A DNA stretch of 64,000 nt from Trypanosoma brucei (GCA_000002445.1 CM000207.1:2993548-3057547); one strand, 5' to 3'; positions 11,950 to 26,010 are shown, numbered from the stretch's first letter. Made by a program: numbers and translations. The notes: generated by a model not told the origin, from the letters alone.

Positions 11950-13410
11950 AATTCTACAAAACTCACAAAAGCAGTAATTATCATAGCCATTTAATTATTT
12001 AAGAGGAAACTAAAATGTTTACAAGCGTTATCATCCCAGTTGCAAACATATTTTCACTCTCCTTCGGGTTTCCCCTGCACCTCTTTTTTTTTCCCTCTCC
12101 TGCTTCTTCTTGGTTTGCTGCTACTTTTTCTGCTGCCTTTTTAGGGTCTAATGAGCATTTTTTATTTGCATCAGTAGCATCGCCGTCCCATTTGCATGGC
12201 TCCTTGCATTTGTCTTTTGATTGATGTTTGTTGCAGTCGCTTGTGCTCGGTGTCGTGCTGCTTAATACTGGTATCGCCGTTGCCGTTGTTAGCTTTTGGC
12301 ATCGCCTTTTAAAGCTTGTAGATAGGCTGCCAGAGCGGTCCCTTTTAACGCCGCTGCTTGCGCTGCGATTCTGTTGTTGACTGCCGCCTCCGCATCTGCC
12401 GTTTCAAATTTCGCTATGGCATCGTCTATGTGTGTGAGCCACTGTATGTCGAGGGTGGCGTCGGCCCTGGTGTCTTTGTAGTAAACGCAATTGCCGTTTG
12501 CTCCACCATTACATTGTTTGCTTGCTGCTGCCCCCAGAATATTCGCGTCACCTGCTGCTGCTACTTTATCCGCTTTGAGTGCTGTCGTGAAAATGTTTTT
12601 GGCATGCCGTAGGTCCCCGGCTGTTACTCGAATGTGGCCTGCTTTTGGGCATTTTCTCGCGATCGCCGTCGCTGCGGCTTGAGTCGTTTGGGTGCCGTCG
12701 CCGTACGTGATCGATGACAGTGCGGCCCCTGTGCAGCTTTCCGAATGTCCGGCTGTGACCGAGCAAAGACACAACAAGTCTGAATAAAGCGACATTCCTG
12801 TGGACTTTCCGACCGGGTTGTTGTCCCCGCACCCGGCGGCGCCCGAGTTCGCGTAGGTCTCGCCCGCCTTGTTGCTGTGCTTTCCGGTCTTACCGAACAA
12901 AGCTTTGTCCAGGTCGCTCCGTATGTCCTCCGGTGTGACTGTCGTTTTAAGTTTGTCTTTTAGGGCGGCGATTGTCTTTAGCGTCCGATTTAGGATATTG
13001 CTTGCGACTTTGCGTGCGTGCGAGGCGCCTGGCCGTGTTAGCTTCACTCCGTCAATTTCCGTTTCTCCCTTTGCGATTAAGTTTTTTGCTGTTTTCCATG
13101 CTTCCCGGTTTGCTTTATACTCTTCAGGTTTTTTGTCGTCGTCTGTGTTTGGTTCAAAGTTGGAGTCATAGAGGGTGTCTTCTGATGCTGATAGATTTAG
13201 TTGTCTTACGTCCGTCATTAGAGCATCTAAGTCGCTAGTAGTCGCTGCTGGGGGTAACATGGGTGTCCCACCTATTATCTGGATAATGGTGCAGAGAGCG
13301 TTGAATGCTTTGGCGTTGTCATTGGCGGCGGCGTCCACTCCGCCCGTTGTCGCTGCGAAGGCGAGTGCCAGCGCTAGTTTAGCCAGAAAATGCCGCCGCG
13401 CTTTCCTCAT
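11950..13410 (-). pseudogene. VSG-3: VSG pseudogene (frameshift between domains, stop in GPI signal)
   Basis: ORF 12289..13410(-) starts MRKARRHFLAKLALALAFAATTGG (signal peptide). The C-terminal domain TSDCNKHQSKDKCKEPCKWDGDATDANKKCSLDPKK is in a shifted frame at 12050-12280. The tail reads SFLLNN*MAMIITAFVSFVEF*, with TAA where the Lys codon of the GPI signal is expected. Confidence 0.8.
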
Positions 13411-14689
13411 GTGTAGTTATTGCACTTTCTTTAGCGTGTTATAAGAGATAGTTCGTTTTTCTGGAGGGTGGTATCGCTTTGTTACCTTGTGAAACAGGAG
13501 GCAGTGTAGCATTAGCAGATGAAGCCCTGTCTTTTACACTGTATTGCGCCTGATTGGTCAGCTTTTTCGTGTACATCCGCTGTTAGCCAGGCTTTTAGGT
13601 GCTCAGCACCGAGTTAAGGAACGGTTTCTGTGCACTTTCGGTTGTTATCTGCATCTAGCTGCTGGCAGTTGTATTTGCTTGCCTGTGGTGTAAAATCATA
13701 ACTAGCTTTATTATGTATTACAGAGGTGTCTTTCCAGGTGACATTTTGGTATTGAACTTTTCTTCTTCATTGCATTTATTATGTTTTTAAGCTACATGCT
13801 ACACCTTTGCTTCAGCAGATATCGTAACTGCTATACTACCGAAGTTTCACCATGTCGGTTAATTTTCTTTGCAAGATGGTGGTATTTTTCTGTCTTCTGT
13901 GACGATTTTTTTTCTCTCTTATAACTCACATCACTTTTATACTACTACTACTACACCTGTTTTTTCAGCTCATTGGTAACACATTTAGATACTTGAATCT
14001 ATAAGACAACAAAAAGCTCGGTTCTATCTAATACCCTTTCAAATTAGCCTGAATATAGAGCTCACTAAATGTCAGAACTTTCACACTATCTTGTGATACA
14101 ATAATATATTTATTACTTCAATTCCTTTCCTTTTTGCTTAATTATTCTACTTTGCGTTAGGTTTTCTATATTTGGTGGTGTTTTTCGCTCTTTGCATATT
14201 ATTTTCATGAGTTTACCAGCTGTTTTCTCGGGTATTATTTGGTAAGCGTGGTTAGTTCTCATTAAAGAAAAAATTATAGACTAATTATATGCACTTTATA
14301 AGCTTCTTTTCCTTTGTTATGTTGCTGTTTATCTATGAAAGTTTCTTTAGGAAAACCACATCTATCAAAGAGTTCTTAGAAGTATATTAGAAATGATTCA
14401 TTTGGTCATTCTCAACTATTACAGCTTCGTTATGTTAGTTCAAGCCATTCAATTTAGCTTGCACGTTATATTCCTTCATTTATTTTTTACACTTCCCTTG
14501 TTCTATTTTTACATGATGCCGATGGTCATGTTTATGTTTGAACCTGTTAAAATTACATCTTCTTTCATATCTCTCTTTGTTTTATTTAACAATGTTCTTC
14601 ATACTTCGCTCTCACTTCTTTACCACTATTGCAGCCTTTTAATTGTTTAAAGCACTACTATTTTGACCACATATCCAGTTTCCACAGCC

Positions 14690-14770
14690 ACTCTCATAAT
14701 AATATCTGTATATACACACTCACAACACAATCGTCTGTGATTATCATTATTATATTCCTGACGATATACG
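14690..14770. repeat. 70-bp repeat (upstream of VSG-3)
   Basis: ctgtatatacacactcacaacacaatcg...attatcattattatattcc. Confidence 0.75.
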
Positions 14771-14920
14771 TAAAATAAATAAAAAATGAACAAAAATAAA
14801 AGTTATAAGGACAGCATCCGTTTCTTAAACTCTATAACCCTACTACTTTACATTCATAGGTCACTATCATACTCATTTTTCTATTTTTTAAATTTCAAAA
14901 ATTTTACATTTCGTGGAAAA

Positions 14921-14936
14921 GTGTTAAAATATATGA
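14921..14936 (-). promoter_or_regulatory. VSG 3'UTR 16-mer variant (VSG-4)
   Basis: gtgttaaaatatatga has 1 mismatch. Confidence 0.75.
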
Positions 14937-15028
14937 AATATTAGCAAATTTAGACAATATTAGAAAACATATCAAAATACTAAATTTCTTGAATTTCATG
15001 AAATCAAGCAAAATCTTTAAACACTTAA

Positions 15029-16520
15029 TTACAGAAGCAAAAATGCAAGTAGTAGAGGGGCCTTCATCACAGCTGAAATAAAAAACGTTCCCTCCTTAAC
15101 TTTGCACTCATTCTTGTCCTTATCCCAAGTGCATTTTTTCGTGTCACATTTACCCTCTTCAGTTCCTTTGCATGCAGCTGCGTTTGTTTTATTATCTCCG
15201 TCTTTATTTTTTCTTGCTTCGTCTTCTGCTGCATCTTTTTTGGCCTTTCCTTGCGACGTTTCTTGTTTCTACTCCTTTCCTGGCGTCTTGTTGGCTGTTG
15301 TGATAAAAATAAACGCTTGTGCCGACTGAGTGTTTTCGGCTATTGTAAGCAAGTCCGCTGCATTGTCAGCTGCTCCGGCCACCACTCGCATTCTGGTGCT
15401 TGTTAGTGGCGCAACGAAATTGGTTTAAACTTTTTGACTGTTGTCGCCAAATATCTTTTCGAGTTGTTTTTCGGCGTCGGAGTCTTCTATTTGTTTTCCG
15501 CTGTGTACTTGCCAGCTCTCTCTGTATAAATTTTTGTTTAAAGCGTTATTTTTGAGTTCGCTGCCACTGAAGTTTTCTGGGTCTGGGACAGAAGGCAGTG
15601 GTTGTTTCGTGCACTCGCAGAAAGGCTCCGCTACGTATTCACGCGACCGCAGCGATTGTTCTGCCTTTTCTGTTGGTTTCTTTCAGGTCCCTTTGATTTG
15701 GCCGTCAACTGTTAGGGCGTGTCCAGTGACGTCCGGTGTTTCCGTAATCGGGGTTACGGCCATTTCTGCTTTTAGGTTGTTTGGCGCTTGGTCGCTGCTT
15801 GTGTCGCCGCAGTAATCTGCTGCGGTTGTGTCCAGGCTGTCGACTGTTCCTCTCAGTTTTGCTACAAATTTGCCTATACGGGGGATTAAGCTGGTGCCTT
15901 TGAGTATATGCAAGTGCATGATTCCCTTGCCGTGGAATTTGGCGTCGCCAAGGAATGCAGACTCTTGTTAGTTCAAATTGCAGTTGCCTGGCAGTTTGTT
16001 CGTGAATTTCGTGCTGAATGTGCATGTTTTGGGGCTCCCGTTGTTGTTTGCTGCCCGAGTTTGTGTTTTGATCGCTTGCTCGGAGTGCGACAAAGCCTCA
16101 GTGTACGCAGCTCTCTGTAAGAATCTTTGTGCCGCTGCTTGTGCCAACTTCCTGTGTCGCGCTACAAACCGCGCTGCTTCTTTCGCATTTTGTACCGTGT
16201 ATGGTGCGAGTGCGGCGGTCGCTAGCCTTTTCTGCTCCTGTCTTTCGTGCATTGCCAGTAAAAGCCACGCATCAGCGTATTCTTCAAGTTTGCTGGCCTC
16301 TGGTTCGCCGCTCTTTGCTGTTTCTTCTATCTTCCATGCTGCAATTTTTATATACTTCAGTTCCGAGCACACTGAGCCTACTTTTTTGCTGGCTTGCTCT
16401 GAGACCTGACCTGCTGAGCTGAGCTGAGCTGAGCTGAGATTGAAATTCCAGGAGCAATGCCATAGCCGCAGAATACACGGCATGATTTTGCATCACCGCT
16501 GTGCACCGGAAGAAGGTCGT
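15029..16520 (-). pseudogene. VSG-4: fragmented VSG pseudogene
   Basis: The reverse complement of 15029-15170 encodes ...CKGTEEGKCDTKKCTWDKDKNECKVKEGTFFISAVMKAPLLLAFLLL*, a GPI signal. ORFs 15683..15919 and 15968..16483(-) carry N-terminal-domain pieces in different frames. The start is not cleanly identified. Confidence 0.7.
16413..16440. repeat. (GCTGA)5 pentanucleotide microsatellite inside VSG-4 coding region
   Basis: gctgagctgagctgagctgagctgag encodes the SSAQLSSAQLS-type repeat of ORF 15968..16483(-). Confidence 0.8.
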
Positions 16521-17534
16521 GTTTTCGTGTCGAACTTTTGCACCTCGTTGGTCTGTTTCACTTTTCCTTGACTAGGTGTTAGAGAGGTGTTGGTGTATAA
16601 AGATTGCTTGGGTTGTCGTTGACGAGATATGCATTTTGGTCGAGAAAGTTTCTGCACCATGGTTTCTGGTGCGCACCATTTTTTATTCATCTTTAGACAC
16701 CTCCTTAAGAGTGTGCTGCAAAACTCTAAATACTTTTAGCTTCTTCCAAGTATCAAATTACTGGTCTATCACTTTTATCCTTTCTATTTCAAGCACCGTC
16801 AACCCCTTGGCGTTAATGGTAGCAGCCTCATCGTGGTGTAAGGGTCTAGTACCCAGAAATAATTAAATTTTTTCAGAGGAAGCCAACCGTTACCACATGA
16901 AAACTGGCATATTGGCCACAGTGAGTGATTTCTGTGGCGCCAGGGCAAGTGCACTTTTGGACATTGAAGATGTTTATGTGTGCGCAGCGCAAATCGATCC
17001 GCGAAAAAGTGAATATTCATGTTTTGGGGTTAAGTACCCTGTCCAAGGGAAACCCATCGAAGTCGTCTTTATACCACTAGCTGTAGTGCTATCGGATGAC
17101 TTCAGAGGGTTAGATGCCACAAAAGCTATACTGTTGGTAGTGTGCTGAAATCAACATCGTCCCTTTATATGGCCAACGAATCATGGTCACGATCCACTGG
17201 CAAAGTGTGTGGGTAATAATCTCCACCAAAGGAGGTTTTAGAAGGTAGCGGCTTGCCATCCAAGGCTGAGTCCCACACTATCATGTCTTGTCACATTATG
17301 TGCATAAACGCATTTCCTCCTATTTCCTATTATGCGGTGACCACAACCGTCGTCAACCCGTACCATGAAGGAAAAAATGCACGTATACCACTTCTTTTTT
17401 CTTTAAATTTCTGTATTTCGTTTAAAAATAATAGTTCTCGTTCTCTATAGCTCCCTCTCACTCCCGCTCCACTTTCACAGTGTTTAAGTGCTCCAATCTT
17501 GGTAGTCCACTTGGTAGTCGAAAATGCTTTTATC

Positions 17535-17625
17535 TTATTATAATATTCGTATACACACACTCACAACACTCTCCAATAATTACTACGCTATATTATTATT
17601 ATAACTCTGACTCTTATCCATTAAA
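17535..17625. repeat. 70-bp repeat (upstream of VSG-4)
   Basis: cttattataatattcgtatacacacactcacaacactctcc is a near-consensus core. Confidence 0.85.
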
Positions 17626-17784
17626 TAAACAAATTAACAAAACTAGAATAGTACTCGCTTCTTATTTCCTAACACCCTATTATTTTTTACTTATATTCTA
17701 CAGTTATATACATTTTACTCATAGTTTTATATTTAATTAAAACATTTTAACAATTTTCAATAATTTCCAAAGGATTCATAAAAT

Positions 17785-17800
17785 GTGTCAAAATATATCA
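17785..17800 (-). promoter_or_regulatory. VSG 3'UTR 16-mer variant (VSG-5)
   Basis: gtgtcaaaatatatca has 1 mismatch. Confidence 0.75.
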
Positions 17801-17898
17801 AATTATAAAATTTTAGAAAAACTTTTAAAAAATAGTAAATTTCATAAATTTCACAAATTTAAGCAACAATTCTTAGAATTTTAGAATTCTCAAGATCT

Positions 17899-19423
17899 TT
17901 AAAATGCTACTAAACTCACAAAAGCCGCAGCCATACTCAGACTCAATTTTTTATTTACAAGGAAACTGGAATCGTTGCACTCCTTTCCATCCTACTTGCA
18001 GCCATCTTTGCAGTCTTTTTGCTCATTTCCTGCACATTTCTCATCTTTTTTCCTTCCTCTTTCCCTCCATCTTTAGTTTTGTACTCCCCATCTTTGAATT
18101 CGCATCCATTCTTTTCGTTGCATTTGCCTTTGTCTTTTGTATTGCTGCATTCATTTTCTTTGGTTGTGTCGGTACTTCCATCTGTTTTGTTGCATTTCTT
18201 GCTATGGCTAGTGTTGCGTTGGCTTTTCTGCAAAAACGCTAGGGTTATTGCGTAGTTTGAATCACTTGCAGCCTTCACTACGCTCGTTGTTACGGTTTGT
18301 TGTCCGACAGTATACTTTATGTTGTCTTCGTTGAAAGTCAAAAAAAATTATCTGTAGTTTGTTCCCGGTGCCGCCAAGCAGGGTTTTGCTTTTTCTGCCT
18401 TTTTGTCGGTGCTTTTATTGATGTTTTTTTCTTTTCCGAGTACGAGGTAAATTACGTTTTTAATGGCGGGGTTGTTGCTCAGGAAATCGGCCGTTTCATC
18501 CGCAATATTTCCTAGAAGTTTGGATGTTAGGGCTCTTAGGTTATAGGTGGCGCTTGCTACCTGGGTCCCAGCGGTGATGTAGGGGTCTTTTTCTTTGGCT
18601 ACGTTTACGCAGGCGTCGTTATCTTTCAGGTTCACGTCCGTTAGTGCCGCTGTAGGCTGATTTAGTGCTAGTTTTGTTAGACCGGCACCGTTGGTTTCGC
18701 TGCTTTTTGTGGGCTTGTCTGCGCATTTGTTATTTTCGTTTGCTGCGCTGTGCGTGCTGGTTAGCGTGCCTTTCGTTTCTATGTCCACACCAAGTTGAGG
18801 CATGCCAAAGGCTGCTAGCGATGCCGTTTTTATTTTCGTTATTTTTCCTAAATCAACGCCTGATTCTGCTAGCTTTGTCGCGCTCTCTGGTGTTATTGCG
18901 CATGTGGCAGCCAGTTTTTTGTTGAGGCTTGCTATTAGAGGGCATTTTGCTGTTTTTACGCTAAAGAGCACGTCGGCGTCAGCCCCTAACGTCGAACATG
19001 AGATTACTGCTGATGTTTGGGTGTTCACGAAACGGTACAGTGTGCTCGTACGTTGCCGCGCCGCTCATTTAGTAGGGCTACCGCTGCTAGTAAGCTTGGT
19101 GTCTGTTGTTTCAGGATTGCTGCCGCTGCAGTTTCCCGTTGGTCCGCGATGGCAGCTAACGAGCTTAGCACCGACCGTTTTGTTTGATCGGACAACTGCG
19201 CCGCGGCTAGGATTAGCTGTCTGGCTTCTGTGAGTAGGTCCAAACTTCGAGTTGCGGCTGATTTTACTTTGTTAATATAATGTTCTTGAACGGTTTTAAG
19301 CCACATCGCTTCATCACACGTGCTCTTTATTGCGTCGACTGAGGAGTCGTCATCCTGTGCGAATACAGCGTGCACAAATGCCGCGAGCAAAACTGCGGAC
19401 TTCTGGGCTTTTTGCCCCAGCAT
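17899..19423 (-). pseudogene. VSG-5: VSG pseudogene (frameshifts plus Trp-to-amber in CKWDG)
   Basis: ORF 19025..19423(-) starts MLGQKAQKSAVLLAAFVHAVFAQD (signal). ORF 18348..19028(-) continues in another frame. ORF 17955..18341(-) holds the C-terminal domain (KCNEKNGCEFKDGEYK). The tail frame reads ...DCKDGCK*DGKECNDSSFLVNKKLSLSMAAAFVSLVAF*, with TAG (reverse complement at 17992-17994) where the Trp of CKWDG is expected. Confidence 0.8.
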
Positions 19424-21884
19424 CTCTAGACTTTGCTGTGTTTCGCTTTCCTAAAGTGAATTTTTGTAAGTTAAGAGTATCCATCTTGGTTTTTTGTGTA
19501 TCGGTTAGGGAGCCAGCTGTTTTTGCTGTAGGTGCGATCTGCCTTTTCATGAGGATTTCACCGGCGGCTTCTGCGGTTTTGTGGGTCAAAAATGTGTGTC
19601 TGCCGGCGATGACGTGGATCGTGGATAGCGCCCTTTTCATATTGCATTTTCCTTCCTTTTTGCCGGTGGTATTCAGGCGGCTATTGCTGCATTTCCCGGT
19701 GTGCGGCAGTAGTCACGGATTTGGATGGCGCCTCTGAATAAGCCGTGATGATTCTGCACTTTTGTTGTGCTTATTGTGTGGATCGATGATAGCACTTTGA
19801 AAACTTGTGTTTTCGATGTCACTTTGGGTTGTGCACTCCGCAACATTTGATCGAAGCTGCGCAGGTACTCCAGGCTGTTGGTGCTTTGCTGTTTAATGAT
19901 GGGACTTCGTTGCTGTTGTGGGCTTTCTGACACTCAAGTTCAAACGCGGATGTGAACCTGTGAATCGGACGGAAAAATGTGGGCTGTTAAACGTTGGTGC
20001 TGGCAGTTTCTGCCATGTTTCTTTGTATCTCACTTAGAGTCATTTACACTAATCTTTTCCACTTCCGCTGCAGGCGTATCGAATTTTTCATTTATCCCTC
20101 AGTCACCAAACCCTTATGTTTCTGCAAATAATCTAAAAAGCCTCTATATTTAAAATTTCAGCCTTAATGGTGTTTGATGGTTCTATTTACTGCAATATTG
20201 GCTCCAGGTGCCGCTTGTGGAATAACAATGTAACATTGCTTATTTTTACAAAAAAAGGTTCGCTTTTTTCTTTTGTTTGAAATTCTAGGCGTCTTTGTTC
20301 CACTCAGTCTTAACACCGGCACATTTGCACCAGGACGTCTTCTTTTAACGGATATACTTGTTAGTAACAAATGTCATTTGCTCAACGTTGACAACCTTTA
20401 TGTAAATTACTTGTTCCTTAAAATATCCTAATGCGTGTCCAGTATATCAATACGAAGGTGCAGGAATATTGCTGTTAATTCCCTCTAATTCATAAATCAA
20501 CCCTGCATAAACATCCTGTGATAAGTACTTCCTTCTTTCATTCTTCCTGTCCACAGTAACCCATTATTAGGTCTCTTTCCAAATGCTTCAGCGATAATAT
20601 TATATTGTTTCCAACAATATTGGCCATTATTACTAAATACGATAAGAAATTTTTATAGCACCTCACAATTATCCAATACATTTCTTGGTATCTATAACTT
20701 TATATTAGGAACCCCAAACGGATTAAAAAAATAATCGTCACCATTATCTCCGTTTCTGTATCTATCTATTTTGAGTGAAATATATATATTTTTGAGGCTT
20801 GTCGGTTGATCGCACCAATAATTTTTAACTTCCTTTGTAGTCACACCTTCTAACTGAACAGTCAATTCATATCCATACTATATGTGTGTCATCCTACGTT
20901 TTTCGTATGGACATTATGAACATTGAATAAGAATTGCTGCTGCTAGTTTCCTTGAGACTACTTACATTTAGTACTTAAGTACTCCTGTTTCATTCATTTG
21001 AGATATTTATTTTTCTACTTGTGTGATTCTTGTTGACTTTTTTGAACATAAAGAGAGCAAAATCTTTAGGGGAACAAGAACCTTGTGTAGAACAGCTAGG
21101 CTACTGTGGTTTATATAAGCTAAGGTGGATTCAATTAACCTCTATTAAATCATTTTGCCTTTAGTCTGCTGCCTCCGTCATTTGGGATGCACTTTCCACG
21201 TCTCTACCTGTCTTCGTTCTAGAAAAACAACAAAATACTTGATTCTATTCAATAATCTTGACAATTACCTCGAGTGTAAAGGGATACTAAGTGTCAGTGT
21301 GTCTTAGCTACTTTTGAAGCAATGCCACCTTTTTTTGTTCTCAACGTTTATACTTCAGTGCGTATTTCCGTTTACTGCCAGTCTTTCAAACTTTGGTGCT
21401 GTTTTTGCTAGTTTCTGCACTGTTGGCTGCGATCAGTGGATTATTGCTTGGGTGCTGGATTTTCTTTCTCCTTACTTCTAGTTACTGGCTCATCTTCAAG
21501 AAAATAATACATTTTTAGGTAGTGAAATCTCTGAAATGTAGTGTCATATATCCAGATATTTCGGTGTATATTTTTGTTTCTACCTTTCCCGTAACTTCCG
21601 ATACTTTGCACATAACATAGCGCCAGAAGTTAACCTGGTCACTGAACTTTGTCTCTCCCTTATTTTTCCATTCGTCATCTCGTTGTGTATGATTATGACT
21701 AGCCTCAGTTTTTGTTCGCAACTGCTTCTGTTCAATATACCATCTCTCTTTCTGTATTTCCGTGTTTTCTCTAATAACATTAATCGTGTTATCTCTTTTA
21801 CTCACTTACGTCCATTTCAACTCTTCTATTGTTTAAAATATTTTATATTCATCACTCATTTACTTTTTACCACAATTTTCATTG

Positions 21885-21965
21885 TAATATTGGTATATAC
21901 ACGCGCCCGCAACACTTTCCTATTATTATTATTATGATAATTATAATCATTATATCCCTAAATAA
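21885..21965. repeat. 70-bp repeat, degenerate (upstream of VSG-5)
   Basis: ggtatatacacgcgcccgcaacactttcctattattattattatgataattataatc. Confidence 0.65.
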
Positions 21966-22125
21966 TAGCCATAGAATAAACAAAATAAACAAGATAAAAA
22001 TATCGCCCGTATCCAAAACCTATCACCCTACTGCTCTACGTCTATAGCCACTATCATACTGAATTTTTATATTTTTCAAATTCTCAATTCTACTAATTTG
22101 CACATTTTGTAAAGCTTTTGCAAAA

Positions 22126-22141
22126 GTGTTAACATTTATAA
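22126..22141 (-). promoter_or_regulatory. Degenerate VSG 3'UTR 16-mer (VSG-6)
   Basis: gtgttaacatttataa is called on position (about 55 bp past the VSG-6 stop) and partial identity. Confidence 0.45.
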
Positions 22142-22193
22142 AAATTTCTTACAACAGCAAAAATTCCTAAAATTTTAGAATTCTCAAGATCTT

Positions 22194-23779
22194 TAAAATG
22201 CTAAAAAACTCAAAAAATTAACAAGCAAAGAAAATTTCTTATTTTCAATGAAACTGGAGTCTTTGCATGTGTTGTCAATTCAATCGCATTTTTGTGTTTC
22301 TCATGGAGCTGGTTCCGAATTCGCGGCCTTACAGTCTTTTTTCTTGCGGTCAGAACACCTTTTACCTTTTTACCTTCTCCTTCCCTCACTGCTTCTTTTG
22401 CTGCTGCTTCTGCGGCTGCTTGGTTTGGTTTCTTCACTCAATGTGCACTTTTTGTTTGTTGCGTCGTAAGTGCACCCAGGTTTCTTTCCACATTCAGTTT
22501 TGTTGTCTCCAGCTGCATTGCATTCTTTCTCTGCAAGCTCTGCTTGTTTTTTCTGTGTTTGTGGTTGCAGCTCCTGCTGTGTAGGTGGGGCTGTGGGTAT
22601 GGCTATTGTCATTTCTTTGGCGAGTACACCGGATGCTGCGGCTGAATATATTTCAACAGTCGTAGCCTGTAGCGCCAGCATCTGTGCGTCAAGTGATTTA
22701 ACGGCAGCGGCGGATTCTTCTGCTTGTTTTAGCTGCCGTTCTGCTTCTGTGAGCGCATTCAGCCAGGGAAGTGTGCTTAGGTCTTGGCCTCCTGTTTTTT
22801 TGAAGAAGTCGCTGTAGTCTACACATGAGTTTGTCGCTGCTCCTGCGCAAGCCGCTCCTGCGTTGCTGCTAGCGCCTAGCCAGACGCTCAGGTCGCTGCT
22901 TCCGTCTGTTTTTTGTTTAAGTGCCCCACGCCATTGCGCTATCGCCCCTGCTATTGTTGTCCGTGAGGCGGTTGCCGGGGCTCGGGTGCCGCACGATTGG
23001 CGTAGCTTACTCCATCCCGAGGTGATGGCGGTTTGGTCGTTGAAGGTGTTGTGGTCATAGGCGTTGCTGCAGACTTTGTCTCCGCCGCTGCTCGTTGTGC
23101 ATATGCAAAAAAAATCCCCTGCTACCGACTTGCGTTTGTCTTTGGCTTTGCAAAGGTTGTTCCAGCTGGATCCGTCGCTGCCCATGCTTTCGCCCAGTTT
23201 TGGTTCTGTCAGTTCGCCGCTGCCTCCGAAAAGTGCCTGGCTCAGCTTGTTGTTTATTTTGTTGATTTTTTCGTCTGATAAGAAAGCTTTTAGTGGCTTC
23301 ATTGTCCTCTCAAGCTGGGTTGCTTGTGCAGCAACCGCCCGTAATTGCTGCCTTGCAAGTTTTCGGTCGACCTCATTCGTGATTTTTGGGTATTCTCCTT
23401 GCGGTTTCGTGCCTATGTTGAGCGCCTTGATGTTGGCAAAAGCTTTGCGCCAGCCGTCCCATTTTTCTTGACCGCCAAGGGTTTCTGCTAGCGTCCTGTT
23501 TTCTCCGCTGGTCTGGTCGTACGGTTTCGACCCTGCGCCATCGTCGAACAAAGCCTGCCATTGTGCATCAGCTACGGACATGTTCGCTGCTTGTATCTTG
23601 TCATTTAGTCCCTCAGCTTCGGGCGAGCCGGCCGGTGTCGTGAAGGTCGCTGATGCTGCTTCGGTCAAGGCGCACATGGCACGGTGTGCCGCCTCACTTT
23701 CGTCTGCGACGGCCTTGACTCTGTCTGTTGTTAGCATTATCAGGGCCACTAGTGCTGCGGCCCCTTGTTGGATCGACAT
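22194..23779 (-). pseudogene. VSG-6: long intact N-terminal and C-terminal domains, frameshifted GPI tail
   Basis: ORF 22370..23908(-) is 512 aa. An internal Met gives the signal peptide MSIQQGAAALVALIMLTTDRVKA (~23779). The C-terminal domain contains ...ECGKKPGCTYDATNKKCTLSEE. The end of the ORF leaves the VSG frame (..SSRRSSSKRSSEGRRR*). ORF 22210..22437(-) continues as KKPNQAAAEAAAKEAVREGEGKK. The third frame holds the tail CKDSSFIENKKFSLLVNFLSFLAF*. Confidence 0.8.
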
Positions 23780-25639
23780 TTTTAACTTCTGTCGTCGGAA
23801 GAAGAGAACGTTTAGAAGCGGTGGTGTGACACATTTGTCAACTAGTCCATTGCATCGCATAACGGAGGTTTGACGCATTATTTCCAAAAAATATATCACC
23901 TGTTCCAATAAACCGCTCCTGGGCCCCGACTTGAGTTGTTACAATATCCTATGAAAACAATATTTTGAGCTTACTTCCGCTTCGATTTGCAGTGCGGCGT
24001 TGATCAGTATTGCTGACCGTTTGTTTTTGCTTGAATCGCAACTGGTTCCAGTCGCCTTGTGTAGCAAAACGGTGTTACATGTGCTGCTTTCAGACGTTTC
24101 TTTGGGTTATTACGGTGGTCGCTGAATACGCGAGGAGCTGAATTATTCTTGGCCTCGTCGGCCTTTTGAAGCGCATACCGCAACGTTAGTAGAGTTTTTA
24201 GGGAGTATACAGTCAAATCTTTCCACGGGTTTTATTTTCCTTTTTTCAGCTTCGCGTACATGTTGCCACTGGGAGTTCTCCTGTGCGGATAGTTCTCTGT
24301 TTGTTACATTTGACTGCCATCTAAAGCCAAATGCGGTTGTGAAAATTTCTATCCGATTCTCTCATATTATAAGCTTCTTTAAATTCTGATCTAATCCTTT
24401 ATATTATAGTTTCCAAGTGCTATTTCTTTCGCTGTCAGTTCAAGTCTACAAATTTTTAACTGCGTTTCAAGTGCCGTGTTTAGTTGGAGAATGTTTAAAA
24501 AACACTCAACCTAAGCATAAGAATCTCCACATTTCATTCTAAACTATACCTTGCTATACTTGTATCAAAAAAATCAAGATATATGATTTATGGTTCTTAA
24601 TGGCTTCTATCATATGCCAATTTTGTCGTCCTGTTTTCACTTTAAAAAACAAAGTAATTCTTTTTTCTCTACAGAACAAAATTGATCTTGCGTTTTGTTT
24701 GGGATCACCTGATAGTAATTTGTGTCAAAAGCATTTTATAATGGATAAGTTGGGTCCAGAAAGTACCTTTCTTTTGCCATTTTATTGATTTAAGGTTTGA
24801 GTTGCGGCTTACCAACAATGTTTATATGAATTACTCACCCTTCGAAAGGAATGAATTCCTGCGAAGAATACTCATACAGAATTGGAGAAGTATTAGAATA
24901 AACATTCTACTACTTATAATGTCCATAAAACGCAACATATATACACCGTTTTTAGCAGTTTCTACGTTTTTATTTCCTCCTCTGCCTTTCACGGTAATCC
25001 ATTGGTAGTTTATCTTTTAAAATATTTCCACATATAATATTATCTTATGGGCAAAATGTTTTGACCAGTACTATAATTAATGATAAATAGACTTTGATAT
25101 TACACAACCCTGACTAAATTTCTCAATTATTCTTGTTACCACTCACATCTTTGTATTAGGGTCCGCTGTGAGACTTAAAACAGTTGCTACCATCATTTCT
25201 GCGTTAGAATCTATTCATTTTGTAGTAGAATTTGTGTTATCATTAGCTTCTCTCACTGATATATTATTTTCCACTGTGCTGCTTATTCGCGTTTTCTTTT
25301 TTTCGCTCTACATTTTTCTTTCTTTTTTTTATCATCTGTTATGGCTGTCGATAAATTAGCAACATCTATTTTCTTTGTGCACTGGACTCTGTTTCTCCAT
25401 GATTGTGCCTGCACCACCGCCTCGTATAGCTTTATATCTATCGTTATGCTTATGCTTCAAATTCTGCATATTGCCTTTTCTCCATCTCTCTTTTTTTACC
25501 GTTTCCTGTAATAATATTTATCTTGTTCGTTCACATTACATCATTTGCTCGAAAATCACCATCGCCGTCCTTTGAACTGCTTCTATTTCTAGCGTGCATT
25601 TAGTATTCCCCACTTTTGTGAAAGTATTATAACATTACT

Positions 25640-25640
<1 letters not shown>
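23779..25640 (-). other. VSG-6 upstream spacer, no recognisable gene
   Basis: AT-rich region with only short ORFs. It lies between the VSG start and the 70-bp repeats. Confidence 0.4.

Positions 25641-26010
<370 letters not shown>

Noticed and set aside
19350..19640. ORF starting MKRALSTIHVIAGRHT.. as an extra VSG N-terminus upstream of VSG-5
   Set aside because: It overlaps the VSG-5 start in another frame and has no signal-peptide character. There is no accompanying C-terminal domain or 16-mer.
7900..21960. ccctaa / ccctaacc hits (for example 7907, 11676, 21955) as telomeric repeats
   Set aside because: These are single occurrences embedded in 70-bp repeat units. There are no tandem TTAGGG arrays.
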